Source: an uncultured Myxococcales bacterium (GTDB lineage Bacteria; Myxococcota_A; Polyangia; Fen-1088). From it: a DNA stretch of 59,464 nucleotides. The notes beneath the pieces are model-generated. The model saw only the letters and a list, made by a program, of their open reading frames with translations. It was not told where the DNA came from and did not search any database. Positions 37,459-46,968 of the stretch are shown in pieces. Each line of letters opens with the position of its first letter. Position 1 is the first letter of the stretch. A program made the translations under genes and the position numbers. The DNA lies in NCBI GenBank assembly GCA_964491625.1, contig CAZBIU010000001.1:1-59464 (forward strand), read 5' to 3'.

Positions 37459-38774
37459 TACGGACTGGAAACTTGCGCACAATCGTCGCTGTCTCTTTCG
37501 TCTTTCTTGTGCAATTGGCTCCGCGGCCGCCGGCTCGGGCGGAAAGCACGCGGGTCTTGAGTCTCGACCAAGTGTTGACCATGGCCCGCAAGAACAACCG
37601 AACCCTGGTCGCCGAGCGCGAGCGCGTGGCCCAGGCCCAGACCAACCTCGAACAAGCGTGGTCGGTGCTGTTTCCATCGGTGGTCGCGCAGGGCAAGTAC
37701 ACCCGCAACAACACGGCCTTCGTGTTCAGCGGGTTCGGCGAGCCGTCGACACAATCCGGGCCGGCGCTCACCATTCAGCCGCTCAACCAGCTCGACGGCG
37801 TGGTCAGCTTCACGGCGCCCCTGCTGGTTCCGCCGGCATATCCCGGCCTGGAGTCGGTGAAGTCGAGTGTGCGCGCGTCCGAGGCGGATTACGACGTGTC
37901 GCTGGCCAATGTTCTGTTCGCGGTCGCGCAGACTTACTACGCGGCCGGCATTGCCGACGAGGTCGAGACGGCCCGTCAGTCGAGCATCGAGGTGGCGCGC
38001 GCGACTTTGGACAATGCGCGCACGCGCTTTTCCGCCGGCGCGGTTACCAAGGTCGATTTGGATCGGGCCGAGCTGGCCGTGGTTCACGCCGAGCAAGCTC
38101 TGCGCGAGGCGCACTTCGCCCGCGAGCAATCCTATCGAGCACTGGCTACCCTGATTCAGTCCGATGGCGGCTTCAGGGTCGAGTCCATCGCGCCCGAAAG
38201 CGCGGCCGAGCCGGCGCGCGACTTGGACTTGGCGCTGCGCCTGCGCCCCGAGTTCCGCACCCTGGAGCTTTCTGCCCGGGCCGAAGCGGCGCTGGCGCGT
38301 GCGCAGGCCTGGCGCTGGGCGCCGACCGTGTCGGGTTTCGGTAGCGCCCGCATCTTCAATTACGACAACTTCGCGCGCGAGCGCCACGCCTGGGCGGTCG
38401 GCGTGTCGCTGGATTGGGTTCTCTTCGACGGCGGCGTGCGAGATGCGCAACGCCACCTGGCCGCGTCCCAGGCACGCGAGGCGCTGGCCCGATCGCAGGT
38501 CCTGAGGGACAGTATCCGCGACGACCTGGCGAACGGCCACGACCTGCTCGACACCAAACGCCGAGCCCAGGAAGCGGCGGAAAGGTCGGTGGCGATGGAG
38601 ACGCTGGAATTGGTCCGCACCCAGTACGAGGCGGGCAATATCGCGCAGATCGATCTGCTTGCCGCGCAGGACGGGCTGGTTGCCGCGAAAGAGGCGCTGG
38701 CACAGTCGCACTTCGAGGTCGCGCTGGCAGATTTGAGCCTACGGCGTGCGGCAGGCACATTCCCAGGTAAGTAG
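37455..38774 (+). CDS. TolC-family outer-membrane efflux protein
   Basis: 4-nt overlap with the RND gene. 439 aa with signal peptide and two OEP-type coiled-coil repeats (AQTNLEQAW ... ; ... AKEALAQSHFEVALADLSLRRAAG). Confidence 0.85.
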   Translation: MIRTGNLRTIVAVSFVFLVQLAPRPPARAESTRVLSLDQVLTMARKNNRTLVAERERVAQAQTNLEQAWSVLFPSVVAQGKYTRNNTAFVFSGFGEPSTQSGPALTIQPLNQLDGVVSFTAPLLVPPAYPGLESVKSSVRASEADYDVSLANVLFAVAQTYYAAGIADEVETARQSSIEVARATLDNARTRFSAGAVTKVDLDRAELAVVHAEQALREAHFAREQSYRALATLIQSDGGFRVESIAPESAAEPARDLDLALRLRPEFRTLELSARAEAALARAQAWRWAPTVSGFGSARIFNYDNFARERHAWAVGVSLDWVLFDGGVRDAQRHLAASQAREALARSQVLRDSIRDDLANGHDLLDTKRRAQEAAERSVAMETLELVRTQYEAGNIAQIDLLAAQDGLVAAKEALAQSHFEVALADLSLRRAAGTFPGK

Positions 38775-38933
38775 GCGGCGCCCAATACGCGTCCTTCACC
38801 TTCTCCTTGTCTCTATTCAGCATCACCGTCCGACCACGGCCACGGCCTTCAGGGCCAGGCGCACGTCGCGTGAGGGAGGCGAGCTTTGCCCGACGTTACT
38901 CGTCGCGGGAGTTGGCGGGCGAGGCCGGGACGC

Positions 38934-39935
38934 TCAGCCCGGTACCGGCCCAAGTGCGGTTCGGACCAAATTGCGACAATCGTCGTACCAGTCACCATAG
39001 CCCGTGCCCGGACGAAAATCGTCATGCGCAACGGCGCGCAGGTCCGACAGCCGCGAGCGCAGGCGTACAAGAACCTCTGGCTCGGCGCCGCCTTCGGCCA
39101 AGTTCGCCATCTGGTACGGATCCGCCAGATTGTCGTAGAGCTCTTCGCCGCCGGCGAGCCACCGCACGTAGGTGTATTGCTTGGTCCTGACGCCCCGCCA
39201 TTCGGGCCATGTGGTGCCGGTCTCGAACCACAGCTCGCCGGAGCTGTATTGTCCGATGAGGAGGTCCTCGCGACCGTCCCGGTCCTCGCCGGTGGCAACC
39301 CCGCTCAGGTCCGCGCCGTCGACCTCGCCGGGAATAGGCAGGCCTGCCAATCCGCATAACGTGGGAAAATGATCCATTGGAGTTTGCAGGGTGTCGACCC
39401 GGGAACCCGGGGCAATCCGCCGCGGCCAGCGCATGATGAGTGGGATGTCGATGGCCTCGGCGTAGGGAACCATCTTCTGGGTGCGTCCCTGACTGCCGAA
39501 CATCTCGCCGTGATCGGAAGTGAAGATCACGATGGTGTTCCTGGCCAAGCCTGACGACTCCAGGTAGTCGAGCAATCGTCCGAGATTGTCGTCCGCGTTT
39601 TGGATCATACCCAGGTAGCAGCGCAGCTCATCATCCGTGCAGGGATTGTTGGCGGGAACGTTGGGCGGCCACCACAGCGTCTGCGGAGTACGTTCCAGAT
39701 AGCCTTCTGGGGCGTATGCGGGGTCAAACGGCGGATGGGGAGGATGGGGCGCGACGGTTAGAAAGAATGGCCGGCCGGATTGCCGGTATTTCTCCATGAA
39801 CGCAATCGCTTGGTCTGCCTCCGTGTCGGGTTCGTAGCGACTGGAGTACTGCTTCTCGGGCTCGTCCTCGTACCACCAATAGTTGTAGTAGTTGTAGTGG
39901 AAGTTGTACGCCTGCCAGTGTTGGTATCCCAACCG
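38934..39935 (-). pseudogene. Sulfatase, 5'-truncated remnant (lacks the N-terminal catalytic Cys/Ser-x-P-x-R region)
   Basis: Only the C-terminal ~330 aa are sulfatase-like: RPFFLTVAPHPPHPPF, NTIVIFTSDHGEMFG, IPLIMRWP. Upstream of about 39935 the same ORF is just the antisense of the maturase fragment. The boundary is good to about 15 nt. Confidence 0.7.
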
Positions 39936-39937
39936 CT

Positions 39938-40625
39938 GGTGCTCAAGGGCATCGACCGCTTGCGAAAACACGCGGTGGACTTCAACGTTCTGACCTTGGT
40001 CAACGACCGCACGGTGAAGCAGGCGCGGGAGATCTATGGCCATTTCAAGAATCGAGGCTTCCTTCACCAGCAGTACGTTCCCTGCGTTGAGCTCGATGCT
40101 GCCGGGAACCTCCAGCCCTATTCCATCACTGGGCCGGAATGGGGCGAGTTTCTGTGCGAAATCCTCGACCGATGGATCGGGGAGGACGTCCATCGCCCGT
40201 CCATACGGCTGTTCGATTCCATCCTGGAATACTTGGTGAGCGGCCGGCACAACATCTGCACGATGGGCACGGACTGTCGTCAATACTTGGTCGTCGAGCA
40301 CGATGGCAGCGTCTACCCCTGCGATTTCTTCGTGCGCAACGATCTCAAGTTGGGCAACATCCACGACGAAACTTGGAAGGACCTCTGGGATTCTCCAGTC
40401 TACCGGCGATTCGGGCTGGCCAAGGCGGATTTCGACGAAGGCTGTCGATCCTGTCCGTATTTGAGGTTTTGTCATGGCGATTGCCAGAAGTTCCGGCCGG
40501 CCACGGGCCAGCAAAAGGCGAGGAGCATTCTGTGTGAGGGATGGAAGGCGTTCTATGGTCACGCACTTCCTCGGCTTGGACGTATCGCGGAGGAAATCAA
40601 GCAACGCGAGGAAGGTAACCCTTGA
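39938..40625 (+). pseudogene. Anaerobic sulfatase-maturating enzyme (radical SAM/SPASM), 5'-truncated remnant
   Basis: VLKGIDRLRKHAVDFNVLTLV and the SPASM Cys clusters (NICTMGTDCRQYLVVEHDGSVYPCDFF; CRSCPYLRFCHGDCQK) are present. The N-terminal CxxxCxxC radical-SAM half is absent. Confidence 0.7.
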
Positions 40626-40641
40626 ACGAGGTTCCGCGTGG

Positions 40642-42909
40642 TCACTGAGAGAAACCCGCGAAGCGTGTCAGCTCGGAGCTGGCGCGGCCGAGCAGGCTCT
40701 CCTTCTTGCGCAGCCGGCTCGCGTCGACCAGCATGGCGCCGGCCCAGCGGTAGACATTGAATTCGGCCACGAAGGCGCGCATCGCGCGCATGCGGTCGCG
40801 CTGCTCGTCGCGGTTCATGGCAATGGCCGACGCCAGGGCCGAGCTGCTTTCCTCGAGGTCATAGGGATTGACCACCAGGGCTTCCGTCAGCTCGCGGGCG
40901 GCGCCGGTGAATTGACTGAGCACGAGAACGCCCTGCTCGTCGTCGCGAGCTGCCACAAATTCCTTGGCCACCAGGTTCATGCCATCGTGAAGGCTGCTGA
41001 CGAAACAGAAATCCGCGGCACGGTAGTAGCGGAATACCGTGGGCGGCTCATGGTGGGCGCGCAATAGGCGAATCGGCTGATAGTCGCCCTTGCCGAAGCG
41101 TTGGTTGATTCGTGCTGCGGCCTTTTCCACTGCCTCGGCCAATTGGCGATAGTGGTCGATGAGGCTACGACTGGGCGCCGCCAACTGCACGAACACCAGC
41201 TTTCCCACATGGGCCGGAAAGCGTTCCAGCAGGCGCTCCACCGAAAGCAGGCGCTCTTCAATGCCTTTGGTGTAGTCGAGCCGGTCCACACCAACGCCCA
41301 GAATCGCATCAGGGGGAAGCTTCAATTCCGCGAAGATTGCCCGGCGGCATTCCTCGACCGGCGGCGAGGCGTTCGCCCATTCGCTCGGCCATCCGATCGA
41401 TATCGGATACGGCCGTACGAAGGTCAGTTGCCCGTGCTGAACCACCCCACTCTGTTCGCGGTCGAGGCGCGCCTCCAAGTAACGGTCGACTGAGTCGAAG
41501 AAATTGTTGCAATAGAGCTGGGTCTGAAAGCCGACAATGCTGCTGCCGAGCAGGCCTTCCAGCAATTCGGCGCGCCAGGGGCAAATACCCAGCCGTTCCG
41601 AATTGGGCCACGGGATATGCCAGAAACTGATGATGGTCGCGCGCGGAAGGCGTTCGCGGATGAGTCGCGGCGCCAGCGCAAAATGGTAATCCTGCACCAA
41701 CACCACCGGATCGTCGGAATCGGCTTCCTTGCACACAGCCTCGGCAAACTTGCGATTGACCGCGCTGTAAGCGGCGTAGTCGTTCTTTCGGAAAATCGGG
41801 CGCATGTGCGCCAGGTGGCACAGCGGCCAGAGTCCTTCATTGGCGAGGCCATAGTAGTAGCCGCGCTCTTCTTCGGGCGTCAGCCACACCCGGCGCAGAG
41901 AATACGAGCCTTCGCCCGGCGGCACACGCACGCGGTCATGCCGGTCCACCGCCTCCCGATCTGCCGACCCGCTCCCGTGCGCCACCCACACGCCCGAGCA
42001 GGCGCGCAGGACCGGCTCCACGGCGGTGACCAGGCCGCTCGCGGGATGATGCACGCGTATCACACCGTCTTCGCCTTTGTCGTGAATGTACGGCTCGCGG
42101 TTGGCGAGCACGATGACCTTGTCACCGGGGAAGTGCCGGACCAGGGTCTGCTTCAAGCGCTGCGGGCTCCAGGCGCCGTCCTGCCCGTCCATCTCGCGTT
42201 CGGCGGCGATGCGTTCGACCAGCTCGCGCACGTCGCGGATGATGGGCAAGAATTCCTTGCGTCGCGATTCGCCCTTGATGAAGCGCAGCAGCTCCTTGCG
42301 GAATCCACGCCACGACAGCCGCGCGGCCACGATGGTCGCCACCGACGCGCCCAGCGCCGCCAGCACGAATGCGACCAGCAGGAAGGTTCGGGTCTTGGCC
42401 TCGCGCCGTTCGATGAACGACAGATCCTGCACCAGCACCAGAAACCCCGGCTGTTGGTCTTGGTGAATCAAGGGGACGGCGCTCACATGCACGTCTCCGC
42501 CGGGCAGCGACCAAACCGATCCCCAAACCCGGCCTGCTCCGCTCGATGGACCCTTGTACGCCCAGGTCTCTGCCATTTTCTTGCCGATCGCTGCACAGCC
42601 AAGTTGCGCCGGCAGCTCGGTCGTACGGGCGAGCAGCTCCAGGCGATCTGTGCAAACGGCAGCCGCCATGATTCGCTCGTCGCGCGAGATGTCGGCGAGG
42701 ATGCGCGCCAGGGCCTCGCTGTCGCCCCGCGACCAATGCGCAAGCAGCTCCTGCCGGGCCCCGGTCGCCACCAGCCCGGCGCGCACGACGATGTCCTCCT
42801 CGAACCACTGACGCGTGGTCCGCTCGACGAGGGTTGCCCCTAGCCAGGCCAGCAAGGCGCCGGAAGCCAGCAGCAGAAAGAGAAAGCGCGCGACTCGTCT
42901 CATCGTCAT
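40642..42909 (-). CDS. otsA: Trehalose-6-phosphate synthase (GT20) with ~230-aa N-terminal two-TM sensor-like extension
   Basis: GT20 motifs NREPY, LANEGLWPLCH, VQDYHFALAP, VDRLDYTKGI and SSLHDGMNLVAKEF. The N-terminus has TM1 FLFLLLASGALLAWLGATLV and TM2 FLLVAFVLAALGASVATIVAA flanking a ~150-aa loop. Confidence 0.85.
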   Translation of the reverse strand: MTMRRVARFLFLLLASGALLAWLGATLVERTTRQWFEEDIVVRAGLVATGARQELLAHWSRGDSEALARILADISRDERIMAAAVCTDRLELLARTTELPAQLGCAAIGKKMAETWAYKGPSSGAGRVWGSVWSLPGGDVHVSAVPLIHQDQQPGFLVLVQDLSFIERREAKTRTFLLVAFVLAALGASVATIVAARLSWRGFRKELLRFIKGESRRKEFLPIIRDVRELVERIAAEREMDGQDGAWSPQRLKQTLVRHFPGDKVIVLANREPYIHDKGEDGVIRVHHPASGLVTAVEPVLRACSGVWVAHGSGSADREAVDRHDRVRVPPGEGSYSLRRVWLTPEEERGYYYGLANEGLWPLCHLAHMRPIFRKNDYAAYSAVNRKFAEAVCKEADSDDPVVLVQDYHFALAPRLIRERLPRATIISFWHIPWPNSERLGICPWRAELLEGLLGSSIVGFQTQLYCNNFFDSVDRYLEARLDREQSGVVQHGQLTFVRPYPISIGWPSEWANASPPVEECRRAIFAELKLPPDAILGVGVDRLDYTKGIEERLLSVERLLERFPAHVGKLVFVQLAAPSRSLIDHYRQLAEAVEKAAARINQRFGKGDYQPIRLLRAHHEPPTVFRYYRAADFCFVSSLHDGMNLVAKEFVAARDDEQGVLVLSQFTGAARELTEALVVNPYDLEESSSALASAIAMNRDEQRDRMRAMRAFVAEFNVYRWAGAMLVDASRLRKKESLLGRASSELTRFAGFSQ

Positions 42910-43113
42910 TGCCGTTCGGACTCGGACGTGGGCCAGGAGATGCAGGTGGGATCGGTTCGAGGTTCCGGAACTGTGGTCGGGAAATCAACAGGCGGCAGAG
43001 CAAGCGCGTTAGCGACGCGACTTTATGCTACGCGGGGACCCTGCCGGGTTCAAGCGCCAGAGAGTCTCCCTCGCGCATTGCTGGCTTCGGGCTACACCGA
43101 TATAGTTCCAGAG

Positions 43114-43581
43114 GTGAACGAGGAAGCGGTCATTGCAGTCCTGCGTGCGCTGGAACGCGAAGGCGTCCGGTACAAAGTAGTCGGCGCGGTTGCTCTCGCC
43201 CTCGTGGGTTTGCCGAGAGCCACGCAGGATCTCGACATCTTCGTCGCGGCCGACGAGGACAATGTGGCTCGGCTGCGAGCGGCTTTGCGCTCGGTCTTCG
43301 ACGATCCCGAGATCGCCGCGATCACCTCGGCCGATCTCGCGGGCGACTATCCCGCCGTGCAATACATTCCGCCGACCGGCGCCTTCCACATCGACATCTT
43401 GAGTCGCCTGGGCGAAGCATTTTGCTTCGACGACATCGAAGTGGAAGAACGCGTGGTCGAAGGCATCCGCATCCCCGTGGCCACGCCCCGGATGCTCTTC
43501 CGCATGAAAAGGGGAACCGTGAGACCGCAGGATCGCGCCGACGCCGACCGGCTGCGTCGCCACTTCAACCTCGAGGACTAG
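43114..43581 (+). CDS. Minimal nucleotidyltransferase (Pol-beta fold, MNT-like)
   Basis: VVGAVALALVGLPRATQDLDIFV matches G-x(n)-DxD. The start is uncertain: GTG 43114 is proposed, while the track ORF begins at 42928. Confidence 0.5.
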   Translation: MNEEAVIAVLRALEREGVRYKVVGAVALALVGLPRATQDLDIFVAADEDNVARLRAALRSVFDDPEIAAITSADLAGDYPAVQYIPPTGAFHIDILSRLGEAFCFDDIEVEERVVEGIRIPVATPRMLFRMKRGTVRPQDRADADRLRRHFNLED

Positions 43582-43582
43582 C

Positions 43583-43807
43583 ATGCCGGTTCGAAGGTTC
43601 CGATCGGTCGAGGAAATGGAGCAGACGGTCTGGATGGACCGCGACGACCCGCGTCTGTGGCCGACCATCAAGGCGTTGTGGGAGCTTTCGGCGCGCCTTT
43701 GCCCCCTGCATTTCCCGCCAGGCGTCTACAGGCATCGTTCCACAGAGGCGATGAATCGCCAGACCGAGGCGTGGGAGCACGCGAACCTGCGCGGACGGAA
43801 GGGATAG
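43583..43807 (+). CDS. Hypothetical 74-aa protein, tightly coupled to the nucleotidyltransferase gene
   Basis: The ATG lies 1 nt after the upstream stop codon. No recognisable motif. Coding status rests on position only. Confidence 0.3.
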   Translation: MPVRRFRSVEEMEQTVWMDRDDPRLWPTIKALWELSARLCPLHFPPGVYRHRSTEAMNRQTEAWEHANLRGRKG

Positions 43808-43866
43808 CGCCGACCTGTCCTGAACGGGCTGGATTTTTCCCACGCGATCGGGCATGTCAAAGTGCC

Positions 43867-45087
43867 ATGAGCACCATTCGCGAACGTTACGATGCCTTGC
43901 GCGCACTCGGCTTGAAGTTGGATCTGACCCGCGGACAGCCCGGCGACGACAACTTCGACATCTCGAACGCCATGCTGACCATCGTGGATGGCAAAACGCT
44001 GGTCACCCCCAGCGGCGTGGCCCTGCGCAACTATCCCGGCGGCATCGCCGGGTTGAAGGAGGCGCGCGAATTGTTCGCGCCCATGCTCGGGGTCGCGGCC
44101 GACGAAATCATCGTGGGCAACAACGCCAGCCTCGAGCTCGAAGGTAAGGTGCTCATGTGGGCCATGCTCCGGGGCGTGCCCAAGAGCCCGGCGCCCTGGT
44201 GCAAGGGCGAGGTGAAGGTCATCGTGACCGTGCCGGGCTACGACCGCCACTTCCTCATGCTCGAACGGCTCGGCATCGCCATGGTTCCGGTGGCCATGAA
44301 GTCCGACGGCCCCGACATCGACGCCATCGAGAAGATCGTCGCCTCCGACCCGACCGTGAAGGGCCTGCTCTACGTCCCCACCTACAGCAACCCGACCGGC
44401 GACACCACGTCGCAGGCGGTGGCCGACCGCCTGGGCGCGATGAAGACCGCGGCGCCCGATTTCACCATCCTGGCCGACGACGCGTACGCCGTGCACCACC
44501 TCGACGACACGCCGCCGCCACACCCCGATCTGCTGGGTGCGGCCAAGAAGGCGGGCAACCCCACGCGGGTGATTCTGTTCGGATCGACCTCGAAGATCAC
44601 CTTCGCCAGCGGCGGCGTTGGCTTCCTCGCCGGCAGCAAGGAGACCATCGCGTGGATCGGCGAGCTCTTGGGCACGCAGATGATCTCGCCCAACAAAGTC
44701 GAGCAGTATCGCCACGTGCTCTTCCTTGGCAAGTACCCGGGCGGCATCGCGGGCGTGATGAAGGCGCACGCGAAGCTGCTCGCGCCCAAGTTCGCCGCGG
44801 TCGAGGACGTGCTGTCGCGCGAGCTTTCCGGCAAGGGCCTGGCCCGCTGGACCAAGCCCAAGGGCGGCTACTTCGTCAGCCTCGACACCGAAAAGTCGGT
44901 GGCCAGCAAGGTGGTCCAGCTTGCCAAGGAAGCCGGCGTGGCGCTCACCCCGGCCGGCGCAACCTATCCCTTCGGCAAGGATCCCGGCGACCGCAATATC
45001 CGCATTTCGCCAACCCGCCCACCCCTCGAGCAGGTGCGCAAGGCGATGGAAGTCGTCGCGGTCTGCGTGCAGCTCGCTTCTGAGTAG
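43867..45087 (+). CDS. PLP-dependent aminotransferase (fold type I, class I/II)
   Basis: ATG 43867 gives 406 aa. Motifs YVPTYSNPTG and FGSTSKITFASGGVGF (Schiff-base Lys). Confidence 0.8.
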   Translation: MSTIRERYDALRALGLKLDLTRGQPGDDNFDISNAMLTIVDGKTLVTPSGVALRNYPGGIAGLKEARELFAPMLGVAADEIIVGNNASLELEGKVLMWAMLRGVPKSPAPWCKGEVKVIVTVPGYDRHFLMLERLGIAMVPVAMKSDGPDIDAIEKIVASDPTVKGLLYVPTYSNPTGDTTSQAVADRLGAMKTAAPDFTILADDAYAVHHLDDTPPPHPDLLGAAKKAGNPTRVILFGSTSKITFASGGVGFLAGSKETIAWIGELLGTQMISPNKVEQYRHVLFLGKYPGGIAGVMKAHAKLLAPKFAAVEDVLSRELSGKGLARWTKPKGGYFVSLDTEKSVASKVVQLAKEAGVALTPAGATYPFGKDPGDRNIRISPTRPPLEQVRKAMEVVAVCVQLASE

Positions 45088-45120
45088 CGCAAATTGGGCG
45101 AAGTCGGGCACACTGGTGCT

Positions 45121-46467
45121 GTGCGGGGCTTCGTTCTTCTGGCCTGCTCGTCGATTGTGATCTGTTCGGCAGCGTCCGCTGCCGATCCGCGACCGCCGTG
45201 GCGGGCACGCACGCGACACAACGGGGACGCGACTCTCCGGCCCGGTGTGCACGAGCTGAAGGATCCCAAGCGCTGGCCGGCCGAGCCGGAATCGCCGCCC
45301 AGCCCCGTCGACGAGACCCGCTTTCGCAAGGCCTTCACCGGGATGTGCGAGGGCATGGCCAGCCCGCGCATGCTCGGACGCATTGCCGATGAGATTCGGC
45401 AGGTGTCTTCCGAGGCCGGGGTCGATCCGTTCTTGTTGGGGGCGCTCGTGTACCGGGAGAGCCGCTGCGTTCCGACCCTCAAGAGCGGGTTCGGCGTCGG
45501 GCTGCTGCAGATTCAAGCGAACATGGTGCAGGCCAACCTGCGCGGGGACAAGCTGGTTTTCATGGCCAAGGACGGCGCGGCCTGGAAGGAACGCTCGCTG
45601 CCGGTTCCGCGGGGTGCGCTCTCGCGCTTACAAGGCTCGCTCATCAACTTGCGGCTGGGTGCGGCGCTGCTGCTGATGTGGCAAGAGCAGCACCCGGCCA
45701 TCGACGAGGTTTTTCCGGGCGGCGTCCCCCACCGCAGCGCCGTCGCGCACTTCGGCTGGGGCGACGTGGTGCGCGGCACCGGCGGCGAGGATCGGGCGCT
45801 GAACGCGCGCAGGCGGCTCATCGACCGCTACCTCGGCAACACGCTTCCCGTGCGCGACTCCGGTCTGGGCTTCAAGGTCATCTCGCCCCTCGAAGGCATT
45901 CCGCGTGTAGCCCCCAGCGGCCCGGGCGAGGATCGCGAAGAGGGCGTGCGGGCGCACCGCGGGCTCGACATCGACGCCACCGTCGGTGAGCCCATCGGGA
46001 GCATCGCGGACGGCGTGGTCTGGTTCACTGGCTTCGACCTGCCCGGCCGGGTGCTGCCGCAGGTGGTTCCGCCCGCCGAGCTTCCGACCACCAAGCGACC
46101 CGAGCTGGGACCCGGGGGACTCTTCGTCTGCATTCGCCACGTGCCGCACATCTTCTCGTGCTACATGCACCTCTCGGCGTATCGCGTGGCCATCAACGAT
46201 CGCGTGCAGGCCGGGCAGATCATCGGCAACGTCGGGCGCTCTGGCACCAAGGTCTCGGGCTCGCACCTGCACCTGGAAATTCACCGCGACGGCGACGCGC
46301 TGGATCCAGCGCCCATTCTCGGCCCCGACTTCGTCATTCCACCGCAAGACACGGTCGCGCACGACATCGCCATGGCCAACAAGAAACACCGCCTGATCAA
46401 GGAACGCCACGCGCGCTGGAAAGCCCACCTGGCCGAACGGCAGGCGAGGGCGGACGGGGCGCGATAG
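45121..46467 (+). CDS. Bifunctional murein hydrolase: lytic transglycosylase (SLT-like) plus M23 peptidase domain
   Basis: GTG 45121 gives the signal peptide RGFVLLACSSIVICSAASA. SLT-like YRESRCV...GVGLLQI. M23 motifs HRGLDID, GNVGRSG and GSHLHLEIH. Confidence 0.8.
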   Translation: MRGFVLLACSSIVICSAASAADPRPPWRARTRHNGDATLRPGVHELKDPKRWPAEPESPPSPVDETRFRKAFTGMCEGMASPRMLGRIADEIRQVSSEAGVDPFLLGALVYRESRCVPTLKSGFGVGLLQIQANMVQANLRGDKLVFMAKDGAAWKERSLPVPRGALSRLQGSLINLRLGAALLLMWQEQHPAIDEVFPGGVPHRSAVAHFGWGDVVRGTGGEDRALNARRRLIDRYLGNTLPVRDSGLGFKVISPLEGIPRVAPSGPGEDREEGVRAHRGLDIDATVGEPIGSIADGVVWFTGFDLPGRVLPQVVPPAELPTTKRPELGPGGLFVCIRHVPHIFSCYMHLSAYRVAINDRVQAGQIIGNVGRSGTKVSGSHLHLEIHRDGDALDPAPILGPDFVIPPQDTVAHDIAMANKKHRLIKERHARWKAHLAERQARADGAR

Positions 46468-46543
46468 CCGCGAGCCCCAGTGCTCTTGGTCCTGGCACGA
46501 GCCCCGCTCCAAACAACCAGAGCCAAGTTGGATGAGTGAACCG

Positions 46544-46885
46544 CTACGGCTTCGGCGGGGTCTTCACCTTGGTCTCGGTGGTCGCCTCGGCGGCGAGCGT
46601 GCCGTCTTCGCGCGGGCGGAAGCGAATCTCGGCTTTCACCTCCACCACCATCTTGGTGAGCACCTTGGCCAGCTCGCCTTGCACGTCCATACGGTCAAGC
46701 CACGTGCCGATCTCGGAGGTCGCGGCCCGTACGAAATCATCCTTGGATCGCGACGCGACTTCCAACCCTGCCGCCATCGCCCTGCGCACGCGATCGGACA
46801 GGGTCCGCTCCGAGGCCTCGCCCTGCCCGTCGTTGTCCGCGCCTTCTCCTGCGCGCCATGCATCTCGCTTTCCGTCGTCGGCCAT
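46544..46885 (-). CDS. Hypothetical small acidic/basic protein
   Basis: 113-aa ORF divergent from the ABC1 kinase gene. No recognisable motif. Confidence 0.4.
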   Translation of the reverse strand: MADDGKRDAWRAGEGADNDGQGEASERTLSDRVRRAMAAGLEVASRSKDDFVRAATSEIGTWLDRMDVQGELAKVLTKMVVEVKAEIRFRPREDGTLAAEATTETKVKTPPKP

Positions 46886-46968
46886 GGGTCGAGACTAGCA
46901 CCACCGCAAGCGTCGCGCCCATCTCACCGCGTGCACCGGCTGGGCGGGCGGGATATGCTGCGGGCCCC

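Noticed and set aside
38934-40604. The 556-aa minus-strand ORF taken as one intact protein.
   Set aside because: Only the C-terminal ~330 aa resemble a sulfatase. The N-terminal ~220 aa are the antisense of the maturase fragment and show no motif.
43726-45516. Long antisense ORFs typical of high-GC DNA: 2300..3694(+), 6207..7493(+), 8104..9315(-), 11323..12792(+), 22768..24162(-), 37080..38711(-), 41617..42843(+), 43726..45516(-), 54371..55561(-) and 56808..57911(-).
   Set aside because: Their translations are Arg/Ala/Gly/Pro-rich with no motifs. The opposite strand carries clear domain signatures (aminotransferase, RND/TolC, OtsA, AAA+ activator, ackA, GH43 and others).
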